The notes: generated by a model from the sequence alone, not told the origin. 64,000 nucleotides of DNA from Candidatus Omnitrophota bacterium (GCA_003598175.1 QZKN01000001.1:41695-105694), one strand, 5' to 3'. Positions 20,604 through 31,128 are shown, counted from the first letter of the stretch. Program-made: numbers and translations.

Positions 20604-21833
20604 TCAAGACGAGGCAACAGCCTTTGGAGGTTGGGAATAGCCGAAAAGACTTTTGAAAAAGTGACGGAGGCCGCGCGGTTTTGCGTCGTTCCCGCTGACT
20701 TGCAGGACCGAGGCGGCGATGTTGCGTATCGCTTTCGACGCCGGCGAAGTGGGGGCGTGGATCAGAAACGACTGTTGAAAGCGGACCGCTTCACGCACGA
20801 CCGCGTCGCGAGGAACGAAACCTAAATTGTTGAAGCCGATGCCCAGGAATTGGCGGCTCATCTGCAGCATGAGTTTGGTGATTTCCATTGCCTCACGCGC
20901 ATCCTGCGCCATGTTGATCAACACGCCGATGTCCTTTTCCGCATCGTGCTTCGCCAGCGTTTTGATCAACGCATAGGCGTCCGTGTAGGCGGGCGGTTCG
21001 GGCGTGGTGACGACGATCACCTGATCCGCCGCCAGCAGAAAGTGCATGACGTTGGAATGAATGCCCGCCGCCGTGTCGATCAGGAACACATCCGGCGACG
21101 GTTTTAAATCAGTAAAGGCCTGAAACAGGCGATCCAGCTGCGACGGCGACAAATTCGATAACTCCTCCAGCCCCGACCCGCCGGGAACCAGCATGAGGCC
21201 TTCCGGCCCGTGCAGAATGACCTCCTCCAGCGTCTTCTCGCCGCGAATGACGTGAGACAGATTGACGCGGGGCGTCAATCCTAAAATCACGTCGATGTTG
21301 GCGAGCGATAAATCCGCATCCAACAACAACACTTTTTTCTGCATCTGCGCGAAGGCAATGCCGAGACCGCAGGCCACGTTGGATTTGCCCACGCCGCCTT
21401 TCCCGCCGGTCACGGCGATGACGCGCGTGTGTTTTTCCAACGGCAAACGGCGCGAAGGCAGCACCTTCACATCGAATCCGATGGAGGTTTTATCCAACGA
21501 ACGCGGTACCATGATATGGGATTCGGGTACATTGCTTTTTCTCGGATCGCGAATCGTATGGCTCGATTTCACTTCCGCCGGCAACGCAATCGTTTCGATT
21601 CGCGGCGGTTTTTCCGCCGCTTTGTTGGACGCTTTGCCGCCGAAAGGTTTGGGGGGCGATAGGGGAGATTCGGCGACGATGGTCGCGACGGCGCTGTCCT
21701 CCGTTTCGAGCGGCAAGGAAGAGTCCTCCGGCGGAAGCACCGCCGCGGACGCGCCCGCATGGGACCGTTCCGTCTGTTCCTGCGCGGCGATCTGGCGAAG
21801 TTTTTCGGCTTGATCAGGAATTCTTCGCTTCAT
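20604..21833 (-). CDS. flhG: MinD/ParA-family flagellar number regulator
   Basis: GGKGGVGKS, DADLSLAN and IDTAAG. Lies downstream of flhF. About 135-aa N-terminal extension. Confidence 0.9.
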   Translation of the reverse strand: MKRRIPDQAEKLRQIAAQEQTERSHAGASAAVLPPEDSSLPLETEDSAVATIVAESPLSPPKPFGGKASNKAAEKPPRIETIALPAEVKSSHTIRDPRKSNVPESHIMVPRSLDKTSIGFDVKVLPSRRLPLEKHTRVIAVTGGKGGVGKSNVACGLGIAFAQMQKKVLLLDADLSLANIDVILGLTPRVNLSHVIRGEKTLEEVILHGPEGLMLVPGGSGLEELSNLSPSQLDRLFQAFTDLKPSPDVFLIDTAAGIHSNVMHFLLAADQVIVVTTPEPPAYTDAYALIKTLAKHDAEKDIGVLINMAQDAREAMEITKLMLQMSRQFLGIGFNNLGFVPRDAVVREAVRFQQSFLIHAPTSPASKAIRNIAASVLQVSGNDAKPRGLRHFFKSLFGYSQPPKAVASS

Positions 21834-23295
21834 CGGATTGATCCTGTTTCCCCTTCATTTCGCGCGAAACCTCTTTTTTTCGTGATGCGGATTCCGTGTG
21901 TTTCGAGGCGTCGTCTTCATCGTGTACTTCGATTTTCCGTGCGTTGAAACTTTCAATAGAACGATTCACCACCGGTTTGGTCAACAAGAGTTTGGCGATA
22001 CGTTCCGGCCGGGCGATTTCAATATCTTCCGGCACATTCTGGCCGGTGGTGAGATAGGAAATGGGGATTTTATATTTTGTGACGGTATTGAGAATCGTGC
22101 CGAATGTCGTAGATTCATCAATTTTGGTAAAAACCAAACGCACCGGCTCGATTTCCTTGAAATGCTCGACGATATCCACTATGTCGCTGTATTTGGTGGT
22201 GGAGGAAAGCACGAGATGCAATTCCGTCGGGCGCGCCGCCTGCGCGATCGCGGCGAGGGTGGTCATTTGCGGCATGTTGCGTTGGCTGGCGCCGGCAGTG
22301 TCGAACAGAATCAGATGCGCCTCTTTGTGTTTGTTCAACGACTGGCGCACTTCTTCCGGCGAATAGGTCACCTCCAGCTCCGCGCCCAAAATTTCCGTAT
22401 ATTTCTGCAGCTGTTCCACCGCCGCCAGGCGATACAAATCCGCGGTGACGAACACGATTTTGGGGCGAATCCGGCTTTGGGGAGCGAATTTGTATTGCGC
22501 GGAGATTTTCGCCAGCGTCGTGGTTTTTCCCACGCCGGTCGGCCCCACGAGCATCAGGACTTTCGGCCGCTTGGCGTTCAAATCAAGTTCCAGAGGCGGC
22601 GCAACCGGAATTTTTGAAAGTAGGAACGTTTTGAGCGCCGTCCAGACATCGTCGCGGTCATCCGTCGATTCGGCGATTTGCGTCGCGATGGAAAGAGCCA
22701 GGCTTTCATCCACGTCCTGTTCCAGCAAATGATTGTAAAGAGCGCGCGTATGCGTGGGAACCGAAGGCAGCTCGCCGGACGCAATGGACGGAACCAGATT
22801 GGCGATCATGCCGGTCAATTTACTCAGCTGATTTTCCAAATGCTCCAATCGATTTTCCAACCGTTTTTCGGACAACGAAATTTTGGGCGGCTCCGTAACG
22901 GATGGAGACGGCGAAGGTGGGATGGGCGGAATGTCCGTTTTCTGTTTGTCCTTCTCCAATTGCTTCGACAACGCCAACAATGGATTGTCTTCCCCTTTCG
23001 GAAATCCATTTCCGTCAATTTTTATATCAATCCGGTTTCCGGAAGGAGAGGAAAACGTATTGCCCGCCGGCGCGGAACCGGGCTGGGGCAATTTCGGTTT
23101 GGATTTGGCCGGTTCTTTTCGGCTTTCCTTTAAATCCACGGCGGCCGTGACTTCGACGCCGCGACCGGTGAACAGGCCGATCAATCCTTTGCCCGTGTCC
23201 CGCGAGTGCAAAATGATCGCGTCGGGACCCAATTCGGTTTTCACCATCTTCATGGCTTCCGCCATGTCTTTAGCTTGGAACTTTTTCACTCGCAC
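21814..23295 (-). CDS. flhF: Flagellar SRP-type GTPase
   Basis: MRVKKFQA start, GPTGVGKTT, DTAG, TKID and TGQNVPED. Confidence 0.93.
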   Translation of the reverse strand: MRVKKFQAKDMAEAMKMVKTELGPDAIILHSRDTGKGLIGLFTGRGVEVTAAVDLKESRKEPAKSKPKLPQPGSAPAGNTFSSPSGNRIDIKIDGNGFPKGEDNPLLALSKQLEKDKQKTDIPPIPPSPSPSVTEPPKISLSEKRLENRLEHLENQLSKLTGMIANLVPSIASGELPSVPTHTRALYNHLLEQDVDESLALSIATQIAESTDDRDDVWTALKTFLLSKIPVAPPLELDLNAKRPKVLMLVGPTGVGKTTTLAKISAQYKFAPQSRIRPKIVFVTADLYRLAAVEQLQKYTEILGAELEVTYSPEEVRQSLNKHKEAHLILFDTAGASQRNMPQMTTLAAIAQAARPTELHLVLSSTTKYSDIVDIVEHFKEIEPVRLVFTKIDESTTFGTILNTVTKYKIPISYLTTGQNVPEDIEIARPERIAKLLLTKPVVNRSIESFNARKIEVHDEDDASKHTESASRKKEVSREMKGKQDQSDEAKNS

Positions 23296-25405
23296 TTTGC
23301 AACCTCACGGTGGTGATACGGCTGACCGGAACTTCCGGCGCCACTTCGTTATACGATAAGACGATCACATACGGAATCCTGCGCTCACAAAGCCGGCGCA
23401 CGTGAGAACGGATTTGCGGACTTGTAAGAATCAGCGGATGATAGCCGGAGCTGATCGCGGCGCTGACTTCCCGTTCCACCGATGCGATCACTTGTTCGGC
23501 ATAAATCGGATCCGTGGCCATAATCCCGGCCATTCCCCCGCGTTGTATTCCTTCCATCACGCGGTTTTCGATATTCGGATCGATGGTGATCACCGGCAGG
23601 CGACCATCTTTATCGACGTACAAATTGGTAATGATGCGCGCCAGGTTCATGCGGCAATATTCGGTGATCGTTTCGTGATTCATCTGCGCCGCTTCGGCGT
23701 AATCGGCGATCGCCTCGAAAATCAGTTCGAGATTGCGGATGGGAATTCGTTCGCGCAACAGATTTTGTAGAACCTTTTGGATCACACCGATTTTTACGTT
23801 CGCCACTTGCAGCAATTCGTTGACGAGGACTTGATTGCGTTCCTTCAAATGATCGATCAGTTGCTGCACTTCCTGTCGTCCGAGCAGGTCGTGGGCATGG
23901 TTGCGAATCACCTCGGTCAGATGAGTCGCCAACACCGAGGCGGGCTCCACCACGCTATATCCCGCCATTTCCGCGCGGGATCGTTCGTCCGGCTCGATCC
24001 ATTTCGCCGGCGTTCCAAACGCCGGTTCGGTGGTTTTGATTCCGGGAACATCATCGTCCTCCTCCTCTGCGGTTGGTTTCATTGCCAATAAACGATCCGG
24101 ACGTATTTCACCATCGGCCACCTTGACGCCGCGAATCAAAATGTTGTACTGCCGCTGACCGAGCTGCATATTGTCGCGAATACGAATCGGTGGAACGATA
24201 ATTCCCAACTCGACCGCGGTTTGCTTACGAATGACGGACACCCGATCGAGCAGATCGCCGCCCTGCTCGGAATCCACGATGGGAATCAAACCGAAACCGA
24301 TTTCGATTTCCATCGGATCCACTTCGAGCAGGGATTCCACTTTTTCCGGTTCCGGCGGCGCTTCCTCCTCTTCGATCCTCGCTTTTTCCTCCTCTTCGGC
24401 CTTTTGGATTTTTTGTGTGCGCTGCACCTGCCACGCGCCCAATCCCAATGCCGTCGCAAACACCGAAAACGGCAGTACGATTCCCGGACCGAACAGCATG
24501 CCCAATCCGGCCACCACAAAAAGAGCCGAGGCCGCCACAAACATCGCTTCCGGCCTGGAGAAAAACTGTTGGAACAGACTCTCTCCCAACGCGCGTTCCT
24601 CCGATGCGCGTGTGACGACGATACCCGCCGCGGTGGAGGTCAACAAAGCGGGAATCTGGCTTCCCAAGCCATCGCCGATGGTGAGAAGCGTGTAGGTACG
24701 CAGGACGGTGAAAAAATCCATTCCTTCCATAAATCCGACGGCAATGCCGCCGACGATGTTGATGGCCGTAATAATCAATCCGGCCGTAGCATCGCCGCGA
24801 ACAAACTTGCTGGCGCCGTCCATCGCGCCGTAAAAATCCGCTTCTCTTGAGATTTCTTCCCGGCGCTGGCGCGCTTCGGCCTCATTGATAAGACCGGCGT
24901 TCAGATCCGCATCGATGGCCATCTGCTTGCCCGGCATGGCGTCGAGCGTGAAACGCGCCGCCACTTCCGCGATACGGCCGGACCCTTTCGTGATGACCAC
25001 GAACTGAATGATCACCAGAATCATAAACACGACAAAACCAATGACGGCATTGTCCCCGGCCACGACGCGACCGAAAAATTCAATCACCGCGCCGGCTTTG
25101 TTTTGAATATCCGTGCTCGGCGTCAGAATCAGTTTGGTGGACGCCACATTCAGCGCCAGGCGAAAAAACGTCAACAGCAGCAATACCGTCGGAAAAGTGG
25201 AAAACTCCAACGGCTCCCTCATGTACAGAGAAATCATCAGGACCATGAGCGCAATCGAAATGTTGACGGCAAGAAGCACGGATAGCAGGGCAGGAGGAAC
25301 ATACCCCAGCATGATGCCGATCACTCCCACGAACATGAACGCCACGACAAAATTCGACGAGCGCTGCACGACCGTGGTTTTCGATTCGGTTCGCGTATCC
25401 GCCAT
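23270..25405 (-). CDS. flhA: Flagellar export gate protein
   Basis: RIAEVAARFTLDAMPGKQMAIDADL and FYGAMDGASKFVRGD. Confidence 0.97.
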   Translation of the reverse strand: MADTRTESKTTVVQRSSNFVVAFMFVGVIGIMLGYVPPALLSVLLAVNISIALMVLMISLYMREPLEFSTFPTVLLLLTFFRLALNVASTKLILTPSTDIQNKAGAVIEFFGRVVAGDNAVIGFVVFMILVIIQFVVITKGSGRIAEVAARFTLDAMPGKQMAIDADLNAGLINEAEARQRREEISREADFYGAMDGASKFVRGDATAGLIITAINIVGGIAVGFMEGMDFFTVLRTYTLLTIGDGLGSQIPALLTSTAAGIVVTRASEERALGESLFQQFFSRPEAMFVAASALFVVAGLGMLFGPGIVLPFSVFATALGLGAWQVQRTQKIQKAEEEEKARIEEEEAPPEPEKVESLLEVDPMEIEIGFGLIPIVDSEQGGDLLDRVSVIRKQTAVELGIIVPPIRIRDNMQLGQRQYNILIRGVKVADGEIRPDRLLAMKPTAEEEDDDVPGIKTTEPAFGTPAKWIEPDERSRAEMAGYSVVEPASVLATHLTEVIRNHAHDLLGRQEVQQLIDHLKERNQVLVNELLQVANVKIGVIQKVLQNLLRERIPIRNLELIFEAIADYAEAAQMNHETITEYCRMNLARIITNLYVDKDGRLPVITIDPNIENRVMEGIQRGGMAGIMATDPIYAEQVIASVEREVSAAISSGYHPLILTSPQIRSHVRRLCERRIPYVIVLSYNEVAPEVPVSRITTVRLQSASEKVPS

Positions 25406-25419
25406 ATTGATTGAAATCC

Positions 25420-26499
25420 TTATGCCATTTGCGAAACTCGATTATTCAGCCGATAAACATACGCCAGAACTTCGGCGACGGCTTGATACATTTCCGGTGG
25501 GATATACCCACCCACCTCGACCAGTTTATAAAGCGATTGAGCCAGAACCCGATTTTCCACGATCGGGATATCGTGCTCGACAGCGATTTCCTTAATGCGC
25601 CGCGCCAGCAGGTGTTTCCCTTTTGCGACCACTTGCGGCGCCGGCATGTCCTCCGATTCATATTTCAAGGCAATGGCGTATTCTGTCGGATTGGTGACCA
25701 CCACTTCCGCTTCGGGCACTTCTTCCATCATTCGTTTTCGCGCCATTTCGAACTGAATGGAACGAATGCGAGCCTTGATTTGCGGATCGCCTTGAACGTC
25801 TTTCGACTCCTGTTTGACTTCCTGTTTGGTCATTTTGAGATCCCGTTCGAACTGCCATCGTTGATAAATATAATCGATAATGGCCAGGATCAGCATAATG
25901 ATCAGCGCCTTGACGGCCACGTCCAACGCTCGATACCCGAGATGAATCAAAAAGTCCTTCAATTCTTCCGTCACCAGTCCCATCATGCCCGGGATGGAAT
26001 AATACACGCTCGAAATCATGACCGGCGCGATGATGAACATCTTGGCAATCGATTTCAGCAGTTCGACCTGGGAACGAATGGATACGAATTTCGCCAGGCC
26101 TTTGATCGGATTGAGTTTTTTCAAATCCGGAGTCAGTTTCTTTAAGGTGAACATGAAACCGACTTGCGCGAGATTGATTACGATAGCAACCACCACAAAA
26201 ATAATATAAAACGGCGCGAGGATGGTCAGTATCCGCAAACCGAATTCCAGCAAAAAGGCATGAACTCCCTCTTCGGAAATATCGATTTCTCCGACATGGT
26301 CAAGATAATAAACGATGGCTTCCATGACGCTGCCATAAAAATGTTCCGCATAAAAATAGAAGGCGATCACTCCCGCAATGAGCAGTATGGCGGTGTTCAG
26401 CTCCTGGCTTTTCGAAACATTCCCTTCCTCGCGCGCGCGTGAACGTTTTCGCCCGGTTGCCGGTTCGGTTTTCTCCTGGCCGCTTTCGGTTTCCGCCAT
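25420..26499 (-). CDS. flhB: Flagellar export substrate-specificity switch
   Basis: EKTEPAT start, TNPTEY cleavage loop and VAEVLAYVY. Confidence 0.96.
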   Translation of the reverse strand: MAETESGQEKTEPATGRKRSRAREEGNVSKSQELNTAILLIAGVIAFYFYAEHFYGSVMEAIVYYLDHVGEIDISEEGVHAFLLEFGLRILTILAPFYIIFVVVAIVINLAQVGFMFTLKKLTPDLKKLNPIKGLAKFVSIRSQVELLKSIAKMFIIAPVMISSVYYSIPGMMGLVTEELKDFLIHLGYRALDVAVKALIIMLILAIIDYIYQRWQFERDLKMTKQEVKQESKDVQGDPQIKARIRSIQFEMARKRMMEEVPEAEVVVTNPTEYAIALKYESEDMPAPQVVAKGKHLLARRIKEIAVEHDIPIVENRVLAQSLYKLVEVGGYIPPEMYQAVAEVLAYVYRLNNRVSQMA

Positions 26500-26532
26500 A
26501 TGTTGCTACTCCGACCGTGTTCAAGTCACGGT

Positions 26533-27387
26533 TCAAAATGTCGTCAGTCGATGCAGAAATGCGAATGCATAATCCGCGTACCGCTCTAAAAAATCGACAT
26601 ACGCAAAGGTCGTATGTTCGAAAACTGTCAATAAGATCAACAGGCTCATGGAAATGCGAATGGCAAATCCGACCGCCATGATGTTCAGTTGCGGAGTCGT
26701 GCGCGCCATGAATGCCTCGGCAATGCTGATCAATATCATGGAACCGATCATGGGAGCGGCAATTTGCACTCCCATCGTATACATGGCTGATGCCAATGCC
26801 TGCCGTTTCCCTTCGCTGTAGAGCAGATATTCGTACCCGGCGGTTCCCAAACCGGACAATGCGAATCCTTCGCCCGGCGCAAAAAAACGAAAACTGTCCA
26901 TCAATACCAGAAACATCTTTTCCGGCCCATCGATCACGATGAAAATCAGAGTCCCAATCCATGTATTGATCTGCGCCATCAGAAAAATATCCTGCCCGGT
27001 GATCGGATCGAACACCGACGCCGCGGAAAAACCGGCCTGTTGCCCGATAATTTCGCCGGCAATGCCGATGGTATGCAGGAACATCTGTCCGATGAATCCG
27101 AGCGCCATGCCGATTCCCAGTTCCGCCATCACCGCAATGGAAAAATCGACCACGCCGACATACACGCGAGCCACCGGCGGCATGGTGATTGCCAGTTCCG
27201 CGTGATTCAGGCTCCAAACCGGACCGATCACCACCATGGCAACCCAAAACGCAATGCCCGTGCGCACCGGACGCGGCACCGATGAGTTGCTGATCACCGG
27301 CATCGTAAACACGAGTCCCGCCACCCTCACATACACGAAGAAGAAGGTCATGAACCAATCTTCGAACGGCGGCGGAAGCAGAGTCAT
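26533..27387 (-). CDS. fliR: Flagellar export protein
   Basis: Multi-TM, AGEII.QQAGF and RTTPQLNIM.VGF. Operon position fits. Confidence 0.92.
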   Translation of the reverse strand: MTLLPPPFEDWFMTFFFVYVRVAGLVFTMPVISNSSVPRPVRTGIAFWVAMVVIGPVWSLNHAELAITMPPVARVYVGVVDFSIAVMAELGIGMALGFIGQMFLHTIGIAGEIIGQQAGFSAASVFDPITGQDIFLMAQINTWIGTLIFIVIDGPEKMFLVLMDSFRFFAPGEGFALSGLGTAGYEYLLYSEGKRQALASAMYTMGVQIAAPMIGSMILISIAEAFMARTTPQLNIMAVGFAIRISMSLLILLTVFEHTTFAYVDFLERYADYAFAFLHRLTTF

Positions 27388-27390
27388 GAT

Positions 27391-27663
27391 TTAATACTGC
27401 GCCACTTCTGGCAACCGCGCGAACAGGCGCAACGTCAAATCGATCAGGCGTTCGATCAGCCACGGCATCAAAAACATGATCGTGGTGCCCACCACCAGTA
27501 ATTTCGGCACGATGGTCAACGTTTGTTCGTGAATCTGCGTGGCCGCCTGAAATAAACTGATCAGAAGCCCCACCACCAGTCCGATCCCCAGCAGTGGCAG
27601 ACTGATGATCAACGCGTTGAACATCATTTCCTGTCCCAAATCGATGACAAAAAATTCATCCAT
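27391..27663 (-). CDS. fliQ: Flagellar export protein
   Basis: FQAATQIHEQTLTIVPKL. Confidence 0.95.
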   Translation of the reverse strand: MDEFFVIDLGQEMMFNALIISLPLLGIGLVVGLLISLFQAATQIHEQTLTIVPKLLVVGTTIMFLMPWLIERLIDLTLRLFARLPEVAQY

Positions 27664-27718
27664 GGATTCCACTCCGTTTCCGGTTCATTTTATGATTCCA
27701 CCTTGCCGCGATCGCCGC

Positions 27719-28591
27719 CTACAATCCTTCCATATTTTGAAAAAAGGAAAGTCCCAGATTTTGGATCAGAATACTCCAACCATCCACCAATACGAAAAGC
27801 AGGATTTTGAATGGCAGAGAAATAAAGGCCGGCGGCAATTGAAACATCCCCATCGAAATCAACACGGAAGATGTGACGATATCGAGAATGAGAAAAGGGA
27901 TGAATACAATGAAACCCATCATGAACGCCTTTTTCAGTTCACTGATCATAAATGCGGGAATCAGGACATGCGTGGGCACATCGGAAGGATTGTTCGGTTT
28001 TTGCATACGCGCCATGGTCATGAAAATCATGACGTCATACGCCCCTTTTTCCCCGATCTGCGCCCACATGAAATTGCGCACCGGCTTCAAGGCGCGTTGC
28101 AGCATAACGTAAAAGGGTGGAATGCGTTCGGTCACCGGCCGCCCGAACGCATCCACATCTCCGGGTTCGAGCGCTTTGATTTCCTTGCGCAAATACGGCT
28201 GAATCGCGTCATTGTTGATCTGTTCGAAAACCGGCGTCATCACGTAAAACGTCATGAACAGCGAAAGGCCGATGATCACCTCGTTCGAAGGGGTCTGCTG
28301 CGTTCCGATCGCCCGCCGCACCATGCCCAAAACGATGGAGATACGAATGAAGGAAGTCGTCATCACCAGGATGCTCGGCAAGAGCGACAAAATGGTCAAT
28401 CCAAACAGGATTTGCAGCGTGATGGAAACGTCCTGCGGATGCGGATCCTCATCCGGTCCGAATCCGAAAGTGGGAATCTGTTGGGCGGACGTATCCCGCG
28501 CCGTGATCGCAGATACCAACAGAAGGAGCGCCAGGCCAAGGATGGCTATCCATCGGCGTCGAGAGAGGATCGAACGCATCGCATTATTCAT
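27719..28591 (-). CDS. fliP: Flagellar export protein
   Basis: TSFIRISIVL..RRAIGTQQTPSN and ISLPFKILLFVLVDGW. Start at 28591 overlaps the fliO stop. Confidence 0.95.
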   Translation of the reverse strand: MNNAMRSILSRRRWIAILGLALLLLVSAITARDTSAQQIPTFGFGPDEDPHPQDVSITLQILFGLTILSLLPSILVMTTSFIRISIVLGMVRRAIGTQQTPSNEVIIGLSLFMTFYVMTPVFEQINNDAIQPYLRKEIKALEPGDVDAFGRPVTERIPPFYVMLQRALKPVRNFMWAQIGEKGAYDVMIFMTMARMQKPNNPSDVPTHVLIPAFMISELKKAFMMGFIVFIPFLILDIVTSSVLISMGMFQLPPAFISLPFKILLFVLVDGWSILIQNLGLSFFQNMEGL

Positions 28592-29393
28592 GAGTCTCAC
28601 CGCTTTTCCGACGCAACCGTTGCGCCAGACCGCCCAAAAGCAACAGGCTGGCCTGGACTTCCTTTTGCATGGTTTTCCCCTCCAGCGCGGTTTGCCATTG
28701 GGAGAGATTCTCGCCGAACGATGGCGCCGTACGGCCGTTGTCCGACGTCGCGGCCGATTCGAACGCCTCTTCCACCGATGGAACGGCGCCTGGAAGTTTG
28801 ACTTCCGAAATAAGAGAAAGAGAAGCGCCGCCTTCGCCGACGAGAAAACATTCTTCCCCAACTCGGACGAGGTGTATCTGCGCTTTCGAAGAGAGCGCAT
28901 AGGATCCCAATACATGAATATACCCGCCGCCCAACGTCCGATTCTTGACCACAAATCGTTTGGCCAGCCAGGCAAGCGCCAGAGCGAAAAAAATAACCAG
29001 CGCGAGACTGATCAGCATTTTCCCGAGATACTGCATGAAGGATTTTTCCGATTGGGGGGAACGAGATTTGGATACGGTTTCCGCATGGGCGCCTTTCTCG
29101 AGGGATTCGGTTTCTCCCTCATAATATCGCTGTAACGCGGCAAATGTCCGGTTCGCATGTTGGTCGCTCAAAAAACCGAAACCGGTAGCGGACGCGGGAA
29201 AAATCGACGCGGGAGTGGAAACGACTGTCGCGTCGGATACACTTTCCGTCGCCGATTTCGTGCGCGGTTCCGCAGACTGGCACGAAGGCGTTCCCTCACT
29301 GACCAGAAACACCCCGACCACGACATGCAGGGCATACATGCAGTATCGAATCATCGATTCAATCCTGTCGGACACCGTGTATCCGACCACCAC
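28584..29393 (-). CDS. fliO: Flagellar biosynthesis protein FliO/FliZ
   Basis: TM helix followed by IHVLGSYALSSK..IHLVRVG...LVG. Lies upstream of fliP. Confidence 0.75.
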   Translation of the reverse strand: MVVGYTVSDRIESMIRYCMYALHVVVGVFLVSEGTPSCQSAEPRTKSATESVSDATVVSTPASIFPASATGFGFLSDQHANRTFAALQRYYEGETESLEKGAHAETVSKSRSPQSEKSFMQYLGKMLISLALVIFFALALAWLAKRFVVKNRTLGGGYIHVLGSYALSSKAQIHLVRVGEECFLVGEGGASLSLISEVKLPGAVPSVEEAFESAATSDNGRTAPSFGENLSQWQTALEGKTMQKEVQASLLLLGGLAQRLRRKSGETHE

Positions 29394-29553
29394 AAGACAA
29401 CGCGGGGTCTTGCGGCCCTCAACCCAAATTCATCGTTTGCTGGCGTCGACAAAACGATGCAGTTCATTCAGCAAGAACAAATCCTTTCGGCTGCCGCCGT
29501 GCAGAACGCCAAATCGATGGCGGCGAAACCGGCCGGTGTTCTCAAAAAGATGA

Positions 29554-30012
29554 CTACGATGCGACTTTTTTAATCAGTATACCACGTTGGTTCAATGTAT
29601 TCACAATCTCGCCCATTGCGATGATGCGTCCTTCCACCATCAAATCCACTCGATGGCCTTCGTGAGCGAGCAATGCACTCCATGAATTTGTTCCCAAACG
29701 CAGGATTTCAACCACTTTGCCGTCGGGATGATGGATAATCACCTGCGTCAGCAGCGGAACTTCCAGCAATTTGGAAAAATTATGAATCTTGATCGGATTC
29801 TCATTGGGAAAAATCGCATACGAAATTTCTTCCCGCCAGCGAGTCGACCGCGAGAGTTCTTCCACCTCTCTACACCCGATTTCTCCTTTGACCGTATGCA
29901 AACGGAGGAGCGATCCCGGTCGCAGGGACAGAAGATCAACCAGTTTTAAATCCGACCAACATACCATTATCCTAATCCGAATTTCCCCGGAAACAATCCC
30001 AAACGGATCCAC
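29554..30012 (-). CDS. Divergent FliM/FliN C-terminal (SpoA) family protein
   Basis: C-terminal half aligns by eye to FliN (LLEVPL...VDLMVEGRIIAMGEIV). The N-terminus carries a partial second SpoA motif. Confidence 0.6.
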   Translation of the reverse strand: MDPFGIVSGEIRIRIMVCWSDLKLVDLLSLRPGSLLRLHTVKGEIGCREVEELSRSTRWREEISYAIFPNENPIKIHNFSKLLEVPLLTQVIIHHPDGKVVEILRLGTNSWSALLAHEGHRVDLMVEGRIIAMGEIVNTLNQRGILIKKVAS

Positions 30013-30062
30013 TGTCGACCGATGGCGGTTCGATTTTCCCGGTTTCCGGAATTCTCGTCCAA

Positions 30063-31106
30063 TTATTTCAATGCCTCGATTCGCTCCTGTATACTTAAAA
30101 TATCAGTAATACGCACGCCAAAATTTTCGTCGATGATCACCACTTCCCCCTTCGCAAACAGTTTGTCGTTGACGAGAACATCAACGGGTTCACCCGCCAA
30201 CCGATCCAATTCGACCACGGAGCCGGACCCCAATTCGAGAACTTCCTTGATTTTCCGTTTCGCTCGCCCCAACTCCACTTTGATTTCCAGTTTGATATCG
30301 AGAATCAATTCGAGATTCGAGGTATCAACGGAAGGCATCATCATGCCCATACCCATACCCATATCGGACGGAGCGGTCGGCGCAAATTGCGCCGGCGCGG
30401 ATAAGATTTCAGGCGTTTTGGCCGAAGAACTGAAATCCCGCCGCAGTTCGTCTTCACTCGCAACGGAAACCGCGCCGGAAGACGAAGCCGAACTGATGGA
30501 ATGGAGCAGATTACGCGGAATAATCTGATAGAAGGGACCGCTCACCGCTCCGGAAGAGATATCATATTCCACCTGAATCAATCGTTCGGACGATTCCGGC
30601 ATCAAGTCGCCGATATCGGAAGGCCGTGTAATGATATCCGGTGGATCGAGATTGATTTCCCCGCCCAGTTGTTGCGCCAGTTGCGTATTCACCGAACTGA
30701 AAACATTTTGGATCGCTTCACTGAAGGCGCTCTCTTCCAAATCCCCAAACTCGCTGTCCGCGCCGCCGCCCGTCATTTGTGCGGCCAATCGAAGCGCATT
30801 CTCAACCGACATGATGATGACGCTTTTTCCGTTCACCATGCCTTTGAAATTGAGCTCCGCGGTTACATAGTCGCCGCGGACCTCGGCCGTGAGGGAGAGG
30901 GGATCGGTTTCCTTAAACCCTTTGACACGAACGCTGACATCTTCCCCCATCAACGTGGAAAGAACGTCGCTACCCGATTCCTTCGCGATCGCTGCGTAAC
31001 GGTTGATCGTATCTTCTTCTTCGGGCGAGACTTGAGAGACTTCAGGAGGAGTTTCCCCTCGTAACAGGGCATCAATTTCTTCCTGGCTCAATGCTTCCGC
31101 GCACAT
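30063..31106 (-). CDS. fliY: Flagellar switch protein FliY/FliN (CheC-like domain plus FliN domain)
   Basis: LSQEEIDALL peptide, CheC-like middle domain and NLELILDIKL..ELG...AGEPVDVLVN FliN domain. Confidence 0.88.
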   Translation of the reverse strand: MCAEALSQEEIDALLRGETPPEVSQVSPEEEDTINRYAAIAKESGSDVLSTLMGEDVSVRVKGFKETDPLSLTAEVRGDYVTAELNFKGMVNGKSVIIMSVENALRLAAQMTGGGADSEFGDLEESAFSEAIQNVFSSVNTQLAQQLGGEINLDPPDIITRPSDIGDLMPESSERLIQVEYDISSGAVSGPFYQIIPRNLLHSISSASSSGAVSVASEDELRRDFSSSAKTPEILSAPAQFAPTAPSDMGMGMGMMMPSVDTSNLELILDIKLEIKVELGRAKRKIKEVLELGSGSVVELDRLAGEPVDVLVNDKLFAKGEVVIIDENFGVRITDILSIQERIEALK

Positions 31107-31128
31107 GATTTCTTACCTATCATCCGGT

